Part shown: one piece after another, positions 12,191 through 24,500 of the stretch
Layout of the letters: each line of letters begins with the position of its first letter
Position numbering within the stretch: the stretch's first letter is position 1
Origin: Vermamoeba vermiformis
Taxonomy: Eukaryota
Length of the DNA: 64,000 nt
NCBI GenBank assembly: GCA_045837725.1
Contig: JBEWZL010000077.1
Location: 372,001 to 436,000, forward strand
Reading direction: 5' to 3'
Notes under the pieces: generated by a model
The model's database searches: none
Told to the model about the DNA's origin: nothing
The model's input: only the letters and a program-made list of their open reading frames with translations
Made by a program: the position numbers and the translations under genes

Positions 12191-12674
12191 AGAGACAGCA
12201 TTGGAATTTAGTATTAGGGATATGAATAGTTTAATTGAATAAACGCTAGAGATGTCTGTTGCTCGAGACTGAAAAAAATTAAAATTTGCATTCGCCTAAA
12301 TTTATTTACAAATTAATTAATTATCGATACGAATCAAATCCAACCAAGAGATGCAAGAAGCTTCTTCGAAGGAGGTTCGTCATACAGGCCACTGAGAGCC
12401 AAAACGTCGTCTGTTGAGTCGTGGTAATCGAGAGTAACCACGAGAGGTGTTTTATTAGTTCTAGCATGTGCTTGCTGCACGGGTGTGCTGGTAGTGTCGA
12501 TGGAAGCGGGCATATTTGTCTACTGTGTTCAACTGTTTAAGCTTTAAAGAAAATAAAACCAGCAAACTGAAAATGGATTTGCAGCTGGACCAAGAAATTT
12601 GCCAGAATATTACTGCTAATCCTTTTATCGCTGCAATCATAACATTTATGCATAATGTAATAAAGCCTATTTTA

Positions 12675-15148
12675 TTACTTGTCTTGCTTATCATACACCA
12701 TGCAAACATCGTTGCCGAGCACTTTGCACTCGTTCAATTTCCAAAACTTAGCATCCTTGATCGTCGTCGCTAATGTGACGCTAGGCCAGCTAATGCCGCT
12801 GCCACCAATCAAACACGCACCGACATATAAGACCACTCTATCAACTAAATTCTTTTCTAAGAACTGCCCGAGCACATTTGGTCCGCCTTCTATTGAAGTA
12901 AAGGTACGAATGTCAGTCAATTTTCCTTATTTGGAAATAATACTTGAGACTCACCAATTAGCACATGCATGATACCTCGTCGGCCTAAGTCTAACAACAG
13001 CTCTTCCAAGTCAATCTTGCCTTCGCTTCGTGAGTTTTTACTGGTCCAAATGTCAACTCCGGCATTGCGCCATACTTCAACTGACTTTGGATCTGCTGCC
13101 TCAGTCGTGGCAATGAGCTTATGATGGGTACGTATTAGTGCTCGTGCGATAAGATAATAAGAGCACTTACTGTCTTCGCCTCGCCGTCAGGACCGCCTTG
13201 AGCAAGCAGCGGTGTCGTTGGATCATTCACACTGCCTCGTCCGTCAATCACAATTCTGAGTGGTTGTTTGACCTCACGCTGTTCGTTCGTGTTCGTGGCG
13301 CTTGTTTGCGGACTTCGTACAGTCAAGCGGGGTCTGTCTTTGATCGCTGTTCCTGCTCCAACTAGCACAGCCCCTGCGTGTCCAACTGTTCCTCGCCACG
13401 TTGAATGCGCGTGTGTTCGTGCATTCTGTATATAAAGACTATTATAACCGAGAAGAAACAACACGAACAGAGTTCGCCGGAAGTAAAAAATTTGTATCGT
13501 GCGTGGGGTCATGTTTGACGTACCTCACCAGTGATCCATTGCGAAGTATAGTCCTCGCAGCCTACTTTTCCATCGATGCTCGAGGCGATCTTTGCAACTA
13601 CTAACGGCTTGCCCGTTCGGCGGTGATGTAAGTATGGACGAAGTGAGTTAAATGCTTGTTCATGGCAGATCCCGACAACAACTTCAATGCCGTGGGATTT
13701 TAAGTATTCGATGCCCTTGTTTCCTACATTTTTATCTTCATCTACTAGCGCAATAACCACTCGTTTGACTCCACATTCGACCAATAGATGATCACAGGCT
13801 GAAAATTAATAATTAGTAATCGGCTTTATATTTAAATCAATGAATAATTAGCACAATAAACTTATTTCATAATTATTTATAAATTATTTCGATTAAATAA
13901 TCACTTACGAGGTGTTCTTTTGCCTTCAAACGGATGACACGGCTCCAAAGTTGAATAAACAATACTATTCTTTAATAAATGTTCATTCCCTGATTCTTTA
14001 GCATCGCGGACTGCATTAGCTTCTGCGTGTCCTTCTCCTGCAAGTCAAATAATCAATAAACAAATCTAAAATCAAATTATTGAAGCTTCAATCATGAATT
14101 AGCCACAATAGCTTACCAGCTTTAGCATGGAAACCACGTCCAATAATATCGCCGTGCTCAGTAACGATTACACAACCAACCCACGGATTTGGCGCGCTTG
14201 TTAATCTTCCTCGTTCTCCGAGTTCAATAGCTTTCAGCATGAACTCTTCATCTTTTAATTTCAACTCCCAATCGGTAAGTTCAAATAATGAGCGCTTAAC
14301 TGCAAATTAAAATATTAGAGCCGTTACTAATATTAATTATTGAATTATCTTACCTTCTGCTGCTGGAGCTTGTAATAATTTGAGTGCTTGATCAAATTCA
14401 ATATTAATAATATCTCCGATTTTTCTGTATTGCAAATTGGTATGCGAGAGAGTGTGTGGGATCAACGAGACACGGATCTGCTGTTCTTTGATCTCTGCGA
14501 CTGTCAAGCTAACGCCGTCAAGGCATATAGAACCTTTATAAATAACGTGTTTGCTGATATCTTCTTTGGAAAGTGCCGACGACAAGTCGATCCACAAGCA
14601 TTGCGAGCCATCCGGATGTGGCAGAACACTTGCAACGCGACCAGTACCGTCTACGTGTCCAGAAGTAGTATGACCTCCGAGATGATCACCGACTTTAAGC
14701 GATAATTCTAAATTGACGACTTTTTCTTCCTCGGTGGACCTGTTTGAGCAACGAAGTACGTTAGATCGATTTGTCGCGCGATTGCATTTTCAAATGATTA
14801 AAATGAGCTAATTATGATATTATAGGACCATCCCGCTGCTATAGGACGCTTCAGTTATTTTTTTGAATCGCGTACCAATATTTCAATTTCAGATCCGGAG
14901 CGGTCTGAAGCGACTTACCACAACGAGCTATTGAAATTCGTTTTGTTCCTCGTTTCCTCCATAGCAAAGAAAGTAGCAGTATCGCTTCCGTTAGTTTCTT
15001 CTAAGAGCGTCAAGCAAACTCCGTTCACCGCGATCGAATCTCCTTTTTTGCAATGGCGCCAGAACTCTGGTGAGCATCGTACGTGCAATATAAAATTTTT
15101 ATCGTATTTGGCATAGCCTATAGCTTGAATTAATCCTGTGAACACCAT
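12675..15148 (-). CDS. ribE-ribD: Riboflavin synthase (alpha type) fused to bifunctional RibD deaminase/reductase
   Basis: Synthase: MVFTGLIQAIG, GDSIAVNGVCLT, VNLE, GGH..SGHVDG, KGSICLDGVSLTV, LIPHT, GDIINIEFD. After a 54-nt phase-1 intron (14353-14300), deaminase: FMLKAIELG, APNPWVGCVIV, HAEANA, STLEPC..KRTPPC. Reductase: KIASSIDGK, SQWITG, VLVGAGT..DRPRLTVR, IEGG. Confidence 0.92.
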
Positions 15149-15382
15149 GTCTGCTCGTGCACTAATTCACTTTCTCAGATGTGGTCTGAAAACTCTTTAG
15201 TAATAAAACTAACGGCACCGAATGTGGAAGAATCTCGGAACCGAACTTTCGGATTTAAACGGAAAGGGGGAATGGTGAACTTACCACCCGAAGTTTCCGC
15301 AAACTTCCCGAAGCTTCAGCCATGTGCCTTCGGGTAACGAAAAAACAGATTTTTTCACGGCCTACTTTTTGAAGATTATTCG
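15149..15382. promoter_or_regulatory. Bidirectional promoter region between the two rib fusion genes, rich in CCGAA/TTCGG inverted repeats
   Basis: 234 bp between divergent ATGs. Inverted repeats at 15241-15252, 15260-15299 and 15307-15334. Confidence 0.55.
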
Positions 15383-17726
15383 ATGAACACAATGCAAGCC
15401 GAGCAAGTCAAGTTCTCTACTATAGAAGAAGCCGTCGAGGCCTTCAAGAAGGGCCAGTTCGTTATAGTTATGGACGATGAGGATCGCGAAAACGAAGGCG
15501 ATCTCATCCTCGCGGCGGAGCTCGTGACCGCTGAAAAAGTCGCATTTGCTTTGCGCCATACGAGCGGTATATTATGCGCTCCTATGACCTATTCCCGCGC
15601 TAATGAATTGCGATTGCCAATCATGGTCACGGAGAATACGGATCCGAACAAAACCGCTTTCACCATCTCGTGCGACGCGAATGAAACTTCGACGGGCGTA
15701 TCAGCTCAAGATAGATACTTGACCTTTACTGCCTTGGCTGACCCGAGCAAAGGTTCCGCAGATTTCCGCCGGCCCGGGCATGTGTTTCCGTTGGTTGCAA
15801 AACCAGATGGAGTTTTGCAACGCAGAGGCCACACTGAAGCTGCCGTTGATTTGTGCAAACTTGCTGAGCTGACTCCAGTTGGATTTATCGGCGAGATGAT
15901 GAAGCAAGATGGTAAGTATTTAGATTCATGAAATTTGAGATCCGCAGACCAGATCAAACCAGAAATTTAACTAATTCGAAATTATAATATAATGACTCTT
16001 GTATTGATGTATTATATGTTTCGCGTATTCACGTCTTTTTGAAAAATCACCTGAACTCACATTTTGGCTGGCAGGTACAATGATGCGCCGCGACGATTGC
16101 TTTGCCTTTGCCAAAGAATATAATTATCCTATTATCACTATTGACGCGCTAGTGGAGTATAGAAAGAATCAAGCTGACCAAGCTAAGGAACTCTCCGAAT
16201 CCCAAAAGATCGTCGAACTCATCTCGCACTGCGATTTGCCTATCGAAAGGAACAACAAGAAATTAGGAACATGGCATTTATATTGCTACTTCTCTCACCG
16301 CGATGGCAGACATCACGTGGCCTTGGTCAAAGGTCGCGGGATCGAGGAAGCGAAATCTGAAGTACCTTTGGTCCGAGTGCACTCTGAATGCTTTACTGGC
16401 GATGTATTAGGCTCATTGACTTGTGACTGCGGAGAACAACTGACTTTGGCGCTCGAAAAGATTGACGAGGCTCAGTCAGGCATTCTCATCTACCACATGG
16501 GTCATGAAGGTACGTTAATCCTCGACTTCAAAACTCTTTTGATAGCATTGAATATTATTTTTATCATTTAAGCGCGTCGCTACTATTTATTATTTTCCGA
16601 ACCTAAAATTGGATGCACTTCTTTACCAGTAGTAGATCGTAGCTAAATTTCAGTATCGAATTATAGGTCGAGGCATTGGCTTGGGCAACAAGATTCGCGC
16701 GTACAACTTGCAACAGACTAAGCAAGTCGATACATTCGAGGCTAACAAAATGCTTGGCTTCCCTGCTGATCTGCGAACATACGAGACTGCTGAAGCTATT
16801 TTGGATGACTTGGGCGTTAAGAAGGTTAGATTGCTCACTAATAATCAAGAAAAAGTGAACTCTCTCAAGAAATACGTGCAAGAAGTAGTGCCGTTACAAA
16901 CCCCGCCAAACACCCATAACGCCAAGTACTTGAAGGCCAAGCACGATCATCAAGCTCAATTGAAGGCTACTATTCAGACAGTAGTCAAGGATTTAATCGA
17001 GAATAATAATTTGTTGGGCTCAACAGCAGTTATTGGCACATCCGCGAAACCGATCGAATCCACTTCGGAGTCGACTCCGAAACCTCAGGCTTCAGAACAC
17101 CACAAATCGGTGCCACTGTACAGCAGCGTTCCTCTGCCTCGAGAAGCAGCTCATTTGCGAATTGGCCTCGTCAAGACAATGTGGAACGAAACGCTGGTAC
17201 ACGACCTAACAACGCAGATCAAAGACGAGTTGAAGAAGCTTTCAGTCCAAGACGAGAACATCATTGAAGTTACAGTACCGGGTTCTTTCGAACTGCCATA
17301 TGCTGCGAAGCAACTGGCTCATCCTGGTAAGTCCAAGCAGTCGTGCAGGCGGATCAACAGCGGATCTAACCAATTTTTTCAGATGAGAAACTCGATGCAG
17401 TGATATGCTGCGGAGTGCTTATTAAAGGAGAGACCTTCCATTTTGAAATGATCAGCACGAGTGTTGCAAACGGCTTAATGAACATTCAGATCGAGACTGG
17501 TGTTCCAATGATCAACGGAGTATTGAACTGCATGACTATTGATCAAGCTGAGGCTCGATGCGGTTACAAGAGCGACTTGCCGTCGTCTTTGGCTTGCACA
17601 GCTGTTTATATGGCCAATTTGAAGAGTAGCAAGTTCACACGGACACCTTTCTCATCTGTGGCCCGATTCAACCACAACGAAGCAGCAAATAACGTCTTAA
17701 CTGTTCCTCAACCCTGCGGAAAATAA
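15383..17726 (+). CDS. ribBA-ribH: Triple fusion: DHBP synthase (RibB) - GTP cyclohydrolase II (RibA) - lumazine synthase (RibH)
   Basis: Rib[43 protein letters not shown]. Rib[42 protein letters not shown]. Rib[42 protein letters not shown]. Exons 15383-15911, 16075-16509, 16667-17326, 17383-17726. Confidence 0.95.
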
Positions 17727-18042
17727 CTTAAAAGCCTATAATAATAATGTTTTGATCAACTAATGTAAATAGCGTTAAAAAGCCTTTAATCCGAACTCTT
17801 TATTTAACTGAGTCATACCGTAGTAGCTCTACATGGTGGCTTGCATGAAAACACACGCTTCATAGAAAAGAAAAGCGCTTACCAAAAAAGGAAAGTTGTT
17901 CTTTCGTTACGTTAAAAAACAAATCGCAGAAAATTTGGTTTCGGCCAAAAATGGAGAAAAACAAAATTTGTTGTATTGTTGGAGTTAAAAACAGTTTACT
18001 AACCTTACTTCAACCCAAAGCAACAACACCGACATTTCAATC

Positions 18043-18252
18043 ATGAACTTTTGGAACGCAGTTGTCAGCGTAGTGACCGGCAGCACCCCGACCATCACTC
18101 CCAATATTCCTGCAACCTCGACTACTGGCTACACTAACAACAATGGTACCGACAACTACATTGCCTACAATAACACGCCTTTGGGTGATACGTTCTACCA
18201 AAATGTAGGCAAGACTGTGCCAGTTGAGACGTTCTACGAGATGACCGAATAA
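18043..18252 (+). CDS. Small intronless Thr/Asn-rich protein (69 aa), unknown function
   Basis: ATG in a C/A-rich leader like other genes here, coding-like GC content, AATAAA about 90 nt downstream. Confidence 0.5.
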   Translation: MNFWNAVVSVVTGSTPTITPNIPATSTTGYTNNNGTDNYIAYNNTPLGDTFYQNVGKTVPVETFYEMTE

Positions 18253-18536
18253 CCGTCGGTTAGTCGAAAGATTTCCAAAGAATGCTATACTAAGCGAACT
18301 GAGACTATTGTCATTTGGATATCCGTAGATATTGATTATTAAATAAAGTCCGGCTTTTCGGAACCAGATCTAATTTATTTTAATCTACTTAATTTAATCT
18401 TCGTGTTAAGGGTCGCCTAGCTACGTATCGATATCATACTTAGGTACTACCCTTCACGTGGTGCGCATACAGCAAGACTTTTGCTTATCCGTAAACGGTG
18501 GATGGAAATTCCATGCTTTTGGTGCAAAGTGGACTT

Positions 18537-21500
18537 TTAAATGTTGAATTCTCTTTCATACATTGTCTCCAATCGTTGGATAATTGCCTTGAGCGGCAAT
18601 CGTTTCTCAGGTTCAGGGTGCCAGCAATCCGTAATCAAATCGGCGTAATCTGTGGGACAACCTGCTGGAATTGCTTCTCGATTGCCGTCAAGGACGAACT
18701 TTGACACGTCCCACACGTGTTTGAAAGCGGTATATGGCTCTTTTTGCGTAATGATAACCCAAAGCAAGACACCGTAGCTGTAAATATCGGCTTCTTTGTT
18801 ATACCGCTTGCTTAGTAAGATCTCTGGGGCCATGTAAATAGGGGTGCCAACACCTTTGGTGAAAGTTTCGAGCTTGTCTTCCATCCTTCGCGCGCTTCCA
18901 AAATCGCTCAAGCGGATCATGTTTGGCGCATTGACATCCGTAGACTCGATGAGGACGTTGTCTGCTTTAATGTCGCGATGAAGTACGTTGTTTTGGTGCA
19001 AGTAGTCAATGGCTTTAGCGATCTCTAACGCGATCCGCAGTTTGGTTCCATACGGAATTTTCTTAGTCATTAACTTCTCTAAACTTCCGTTGGGCATGAA
19101 TTCGGTTATTATTGCCATTTTCCCAGGCAATTTAGATGCGCCAATGAGTGACACAATTCCTGGATTTTTCAGCTCGGACAATAATTGGATCTCGCGTTCA
19201 AATTCTTCTACGGTCTTCTCGTCAACGATATCTTGATATTTCAGCATCTTCACCGCCACATCTTGACCTTTGTATTGACCTCTATATACGACTCCAAATC
19301 CTCCTTCGCCAATCGGTGACTGATCCATTTGAATTTCCTCGATGTCAATCCACACTGAGGGGTTTGTGGTGATATTGCACGGAATGTAGAAGTGTCTGTG
19401 AAGCTCGGGCAGTTCCACACCGATCAGGGCCGTGACGCTGGTTGCCACATTCATTTTCAGCTTAATCATGACACTCTCAACGCCAGACGATTCGTCATGA
19501 GAGCTCAGTCTGCTGGGCCTCCAATTGTAATCCAATGTAACCGCATCAGGTTGGACTATCAACGAGCATTTTGGCGTCTTGGGAGCGTGAAAAATGACTG
19601 TTAAATTCTTGTTGACGAGAGGCACGTGCATGTCAGAAGCTTTTTTCGCGACAAGTTTTTTGCTTTGTCTAATCGTGGCCAGAGCCAGCTGCAATCCTCC
19701 GTGCAGATTTAAGTCAATAGTATCGGTATACTCTTCGTTGACATCGAAGCTTGTTGTTCCTCCGAAAGTTAAGGTTGTTTTTGAGAAGGAAACAGGCAAG
19801 TTGGCGATGTTGGAGCTAAGTTTAGATCCTTCAGGCGGAGTCCAGACAGGCAACAACGGGTATTGGACGTCATCGACGCCGTACGTGGCCTTATGGAACG
19901 TGATTTGTCGGCGCTGGTTGATTTTTCTTCGAACGTAAACCACAGTAACCACAATGGCCACAACGGCGCTGGAACAAACGAGCACTACAACCAAAGAGAT
20001 GTCTCGGTCTGACAGTCTGACGTTTAATGGCACTTCCTTGCTGTACACCGTTTTCGCTGGATTCGATACTTGCACTTTAATTCTATCGCCATTCATGGAG
20101 CGAGTAGCAGTGAATATCAAAACTCTGCCAGTCGCCTGTGTAAATGCGTTAAGAGTGAGTCTCCGATTTTGTCCCAAACCCCCAATTTTGTCCCAAACGA
20201 TTTTGGACTAAAATTTAACAATAATTTATTTTAATACTTATTTAATGGAGTGATTTCAATACGAATAGATAAATAATAAGTGAATACTTGAATTACAGTT
20301 GATTTAATCGTGCAATTCGCCTTCATCACTGGCCAGATCGGATCTTTCTTCGCTCAGATCAGATCCGCATTCAGCAGCATGCTCATCATGAATATCTCGT
20401 TTTTGACACTTCTTGCATACTTGATAGCTATTACATGAGGTGCAGACCCAAAATTTGTGCTTCTTGGTATATATACGACGGCAAGGTGAGCACGTCCTAC
20501 TAATCACATCACTCTGTTTGTCAAGTTTGCGTCGCTTGACGAGCTCTTGTCGCTCTTCTTTCTCCTCTTCTCTCTTTCTCTTCTTGTCCTCTCTTTCTTT
20601 CTTCGCAAGTTCTTTAGCCTCCTTCTCTTTCAGTGCTTTTTCCTCCTTCTCACGGGCATAGATCACCAACTGCTGGCCAGTCACCAATTTATTCCGCTCA
20701 TTGGCACGTACTCGCTTGATAGGAGTCTTGGTTTGATTAGGTATCAAGGCCTCCTTAAGTATCAGTGCCATAGCTTTAACTTCTTCATCTTCACTGGTGT
20801 GCAGTTGAGGTTTTGTGTCGAACATGTACATGTTCTGAAATTTCTTGCTGATAAGTGCACTATCGAATGGCCAAATGCCTGTATGTCGAAATCCTGCCTT
20901 AATGACCTCTTTATCAAATATATTGGACTTCTCCTCCGTGATAATGTCTTCAATAACAGAGTGCAGGGTCTCTCCAGTGAGGAGCCGTCGCATTCTTTCA
21001 AGGTCTCTCTTGACACGCATCTTGCGTTTGAACGAGCCAAAAATCACGTCGTCAAGAGGTTGAAGCAAATGAGTTGTATGTGCTGGTAGGTACAGGGGCT
21101 GTATATCAGAATCTAATAGCAAGTTGATGCTGGTCAACTCCAGGTGGGTGGAGTGGCGGTCAAGAAGTAAAAGAGCTGGTTGTCCTTGCTTGAACGCTGA
21201 AAGTCGCTCCACGAGTCGCGCTATTATTTGCTTCCACAACTCATTTGTAATAAAGCCATTAGCTGTTGTGGCATAATAAGTTGGTATAGTGCTGCGAGTA
21301 TATCTCAGCTCTGTAGTGACGGGAATCGAATTCTTCTTTTCGTTGCCATTTTGTGACATGTCCTTGTAGATGAGCACTATCATCCAAACACGACCAGATG
21401 CTGCAACGAATGGAAGTATAGTGCGTAGATGACTCTTGGGAGTACTCAATCTACCCTGCTTTTTCGAATTTGCACTCGTTAGAATCTTCGAACTTTCTCC

Positions 21501-24500
21501 GTCAGTAAATTTACAGGGAGATTCGTCAGCGTTGATGATGAAGTCGTCCGTGTAACTTTTCTCTTCTAGTAGCCTCTTGTATTCTTTCACAAATGACTCA
21601 ATAATATCAATAGTGACAGAATTGACACGTCCCATGTCGAGGTCTTTACCAAACGCGTGAGAGATGTGATCTGAATTGCGGATCAGAAAATTGCTAAACC
21701 AGTGATCGCCTCGCCAGTCTTCAGGGAGCTCAAATATCTTACGTACAAAACTAATGAATACACTTCTCGACAGAGCTATTCCGCTTGCTGAAAAAGCTAA
21801 AATGATGCTGCATAGTCTTTTTTCTTGCTGATCGGTGAGCATCTGATTTCCATGTTTCTTCTCTTTATTCTTTTGAGCCCGCTGGTAGGCTTTGCGAAGT
21901 GTTTCGAATTTATTGGGACTATTCCGCGTCAAATCGCGAATAATTTCGCTAATTGTCTCGCCGTTTTCTGAAATCCGTTGATTGATCTCATGAATTTCGT
22001 TTTCATACTTCGCCATTACAGGTCAGAAAAATTATAAATAAAATCAATACTATTGAACAACAAGCTGTCGTGTTCGTGTGCGAAGCAACTTATTGAATGC
22101 CGTTGGTAAAATAATTTGCGAAATTACGCAAAAAAATCGGTTGGGACAAAATCAGGGGTTTGGGACAAAATCGGCGACTCACTCTAAAATATGGCGAAAA
22201 AATCTGAAAAAAAAATCTTACGCCCTCGATCTCTTGGTCATTTCTGTACCACTGGTAGCTCAGACGGTACTCAGGTGTGGCTATTGCTGAGAAAGTGACG
22301 TTGTTACCCTCTTGTACGTCTGCGACTGGCTGATTGAAAATCTCGTTCTGCAGCACAGGGCCGCCGAGCAGTTCTAATTGAGTCACGTGTTTTTCAAGAG
22401 GTATTGAGCCTCGATTGTTGTGTATAAAAATGTCGTATGAGCCACGGTGCCTCTCTGTGACGTTCGGAATAAGCAATGTCGGGGATGTTTCTCCTGTTTT
22501 AGCGTGTCAAAAGTGTCAACGTGAGACACGGCCAAAAACAACTTACCCGGCAAAGGCGTGCGGTTTACAGCCCATGTGAACTTTAGATTGCTTAGTGCTT
22601 GACTAGACAAGTCGACAGAGAGTGTTACAGGATGGCCCACAAATGCGTAGGCGACGGGATAGTTGGGCGAGTTGACTTCCAAAGGCACGACCGTGACCGA
22701 GAAGTCTATTGGCCCCGCAGTGCCAGCCAAGTTGTGCATGTAGAGTTGGTAAGGTCCAGCGTGCTGATCAGTCACACTTTTAATCTGGAATCGACTCGTA
22801 TTTACCGCCACCACAATGCCGTTGTGTTTCCACTCGTACAACACGCCCCAGCTAGCAGACACCGCATCGATTTGCAGCTCGGCACCCTCTAACACCTCGT
22901 AGCTGGAGCTCAGCGGCACCACTAGCTCGGGAAGTGTGACAACAACGATGGTCGTTGAGACTGTGGCTGATCCAGAGGGATTGCTTGCAGTTACACGAAG
23001 GATTGTGCCGTTGTACGCGGTGGTGACTTGTGGCAAAATCCAGAAAGTATCTGAAGTGTTGTCGAGTACGACAGTATCGTTCAGGACCCAAGTGTACGTG
23101 ATGCCGCCTGTTGCTGGCCGATCGAACAGATTGGACCTGCCAACCACGATAGGAGTTATGTCGCGCGGGGTACGATCGAACACTGGTTTTGGCTGAACTA
23201 CGATGAAACCTGGCGCACTTGTGAGTTGTCCTGCGCGATTTGAAACTGTGACAAAAGCAACAATCTCAGCTCCCGTGTGGATGACATTAGGCACCACGAT
23301 AGTAGAGCTTGTTTCGGACTCGATGGTTGTGAATTTAAAAGAAGGTATTAATCTCCATTGGAACTCGAGCGATCTACCCTCCGCTGTGACACTCAGTTCG
23401 GCAGTCTGATTGAGAAATATTCGGACAGTTTCGGGTTGTTGAGTGATACTTGGTTCTGGCTCCATCATCAGCGCGATGTTAACTGCGGTCGAAAATCCGT
23501 TAACGTTGAACGCCTCGCCTCTTATGACAAGCCCATCGTCTGCTTCAGTTAAGGGCCACAAGGTGAGCTGGGACGAGTTCTGGTAAGGTATGAGAGTTGA
23601 GCCTTTGTACCACCGATATTGCGCGCCTTCGCCAACGGTTTCCATGAATAGAATGGGTGTTTCATCAAGCCAAAAGGAAACAGGAGATTCAGAGTAGTCG
23701 ATAATTTGCGGCGCGGGCTCGGGATGGATCCAGATCTCAGGACCAAGTGTTGCGCCTGAAGGGTTGCTGGCTTCCAATTGATACAGCGTTGAAACAATAC
23801 TCGGGTCCAACTGCACGTCTAACGTAGTGGTATTTCGCTGGCCTATAGTCTCGTTGTTCCTGAGCCATCGAATAGCGAGCTCTTCGCCGAACATTTGATT
23901 GGTCAAATCCAACGTGATTGTATCATTTAGCAGCAAATTGAAGTCCCGCCTCGTGTAGTCGATGAACCAAGGCTGTGGGTTGAATGCGACTTGCATTTGG
24001 GACTCTGCAAACCCATTGGGATTTGAGACCCGAACCACAACTTCCGTCGAGTCAGCGATCGTAGATCCCGCTTGAAGTTCTATTGTTGTTAATCCTGTCA
24101 AGTCTTCTTGTTTGATTCCGTTGACGAACCATTCGTATTGAAGACGCTGACCAACTGCCGTGGCAGAAAAAAACACCGTTCGCCCCGGAAAAACTGCAGC
24201 TGGATCGACTAGTGTAGACAAAATTGTTGGACTTGGATAAGCTACAAGGACAGTAGGCGCCGTCTTCAATGAAAGGCCATCGGTGCTGATGCTAACGGTA
24301 TACTTGGCACCATCGTCTTCAAGCGTAAAGTTGGCGATGTCAATGCTTGGCGAAGTTTCTCCGGGAAGTGGAACGCCGTTTCTGTGCCATTGATAAAATA
24401 CTTCAAAGTTGTCTTTTTCTGATTATTAAATATTAGCAAAATCAATATTGATATGAATCATGCTTACTCAAAACTTTAACGGCAAGTCGGATCGAGTCTC

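Noticed and set aside
15260-15299. FMN riboswitch
   Set aside because: Only one hairpin loosely resembles the aptamer; the other conserved segments are absent.
18400-18535. Run of short hairpins with an ACA after the last one on the minus strand
   Set aside because: No correctly placed H box; it lies in the kinase 3' UTR, so it is not callable as a snoRNA.
20165-20205. Short direct repeats suggestive of CRISPR
   Set aside because: They are sub-repeats within the transposon TIRs; no spacers or cas genes, and the context is eukaryotic.
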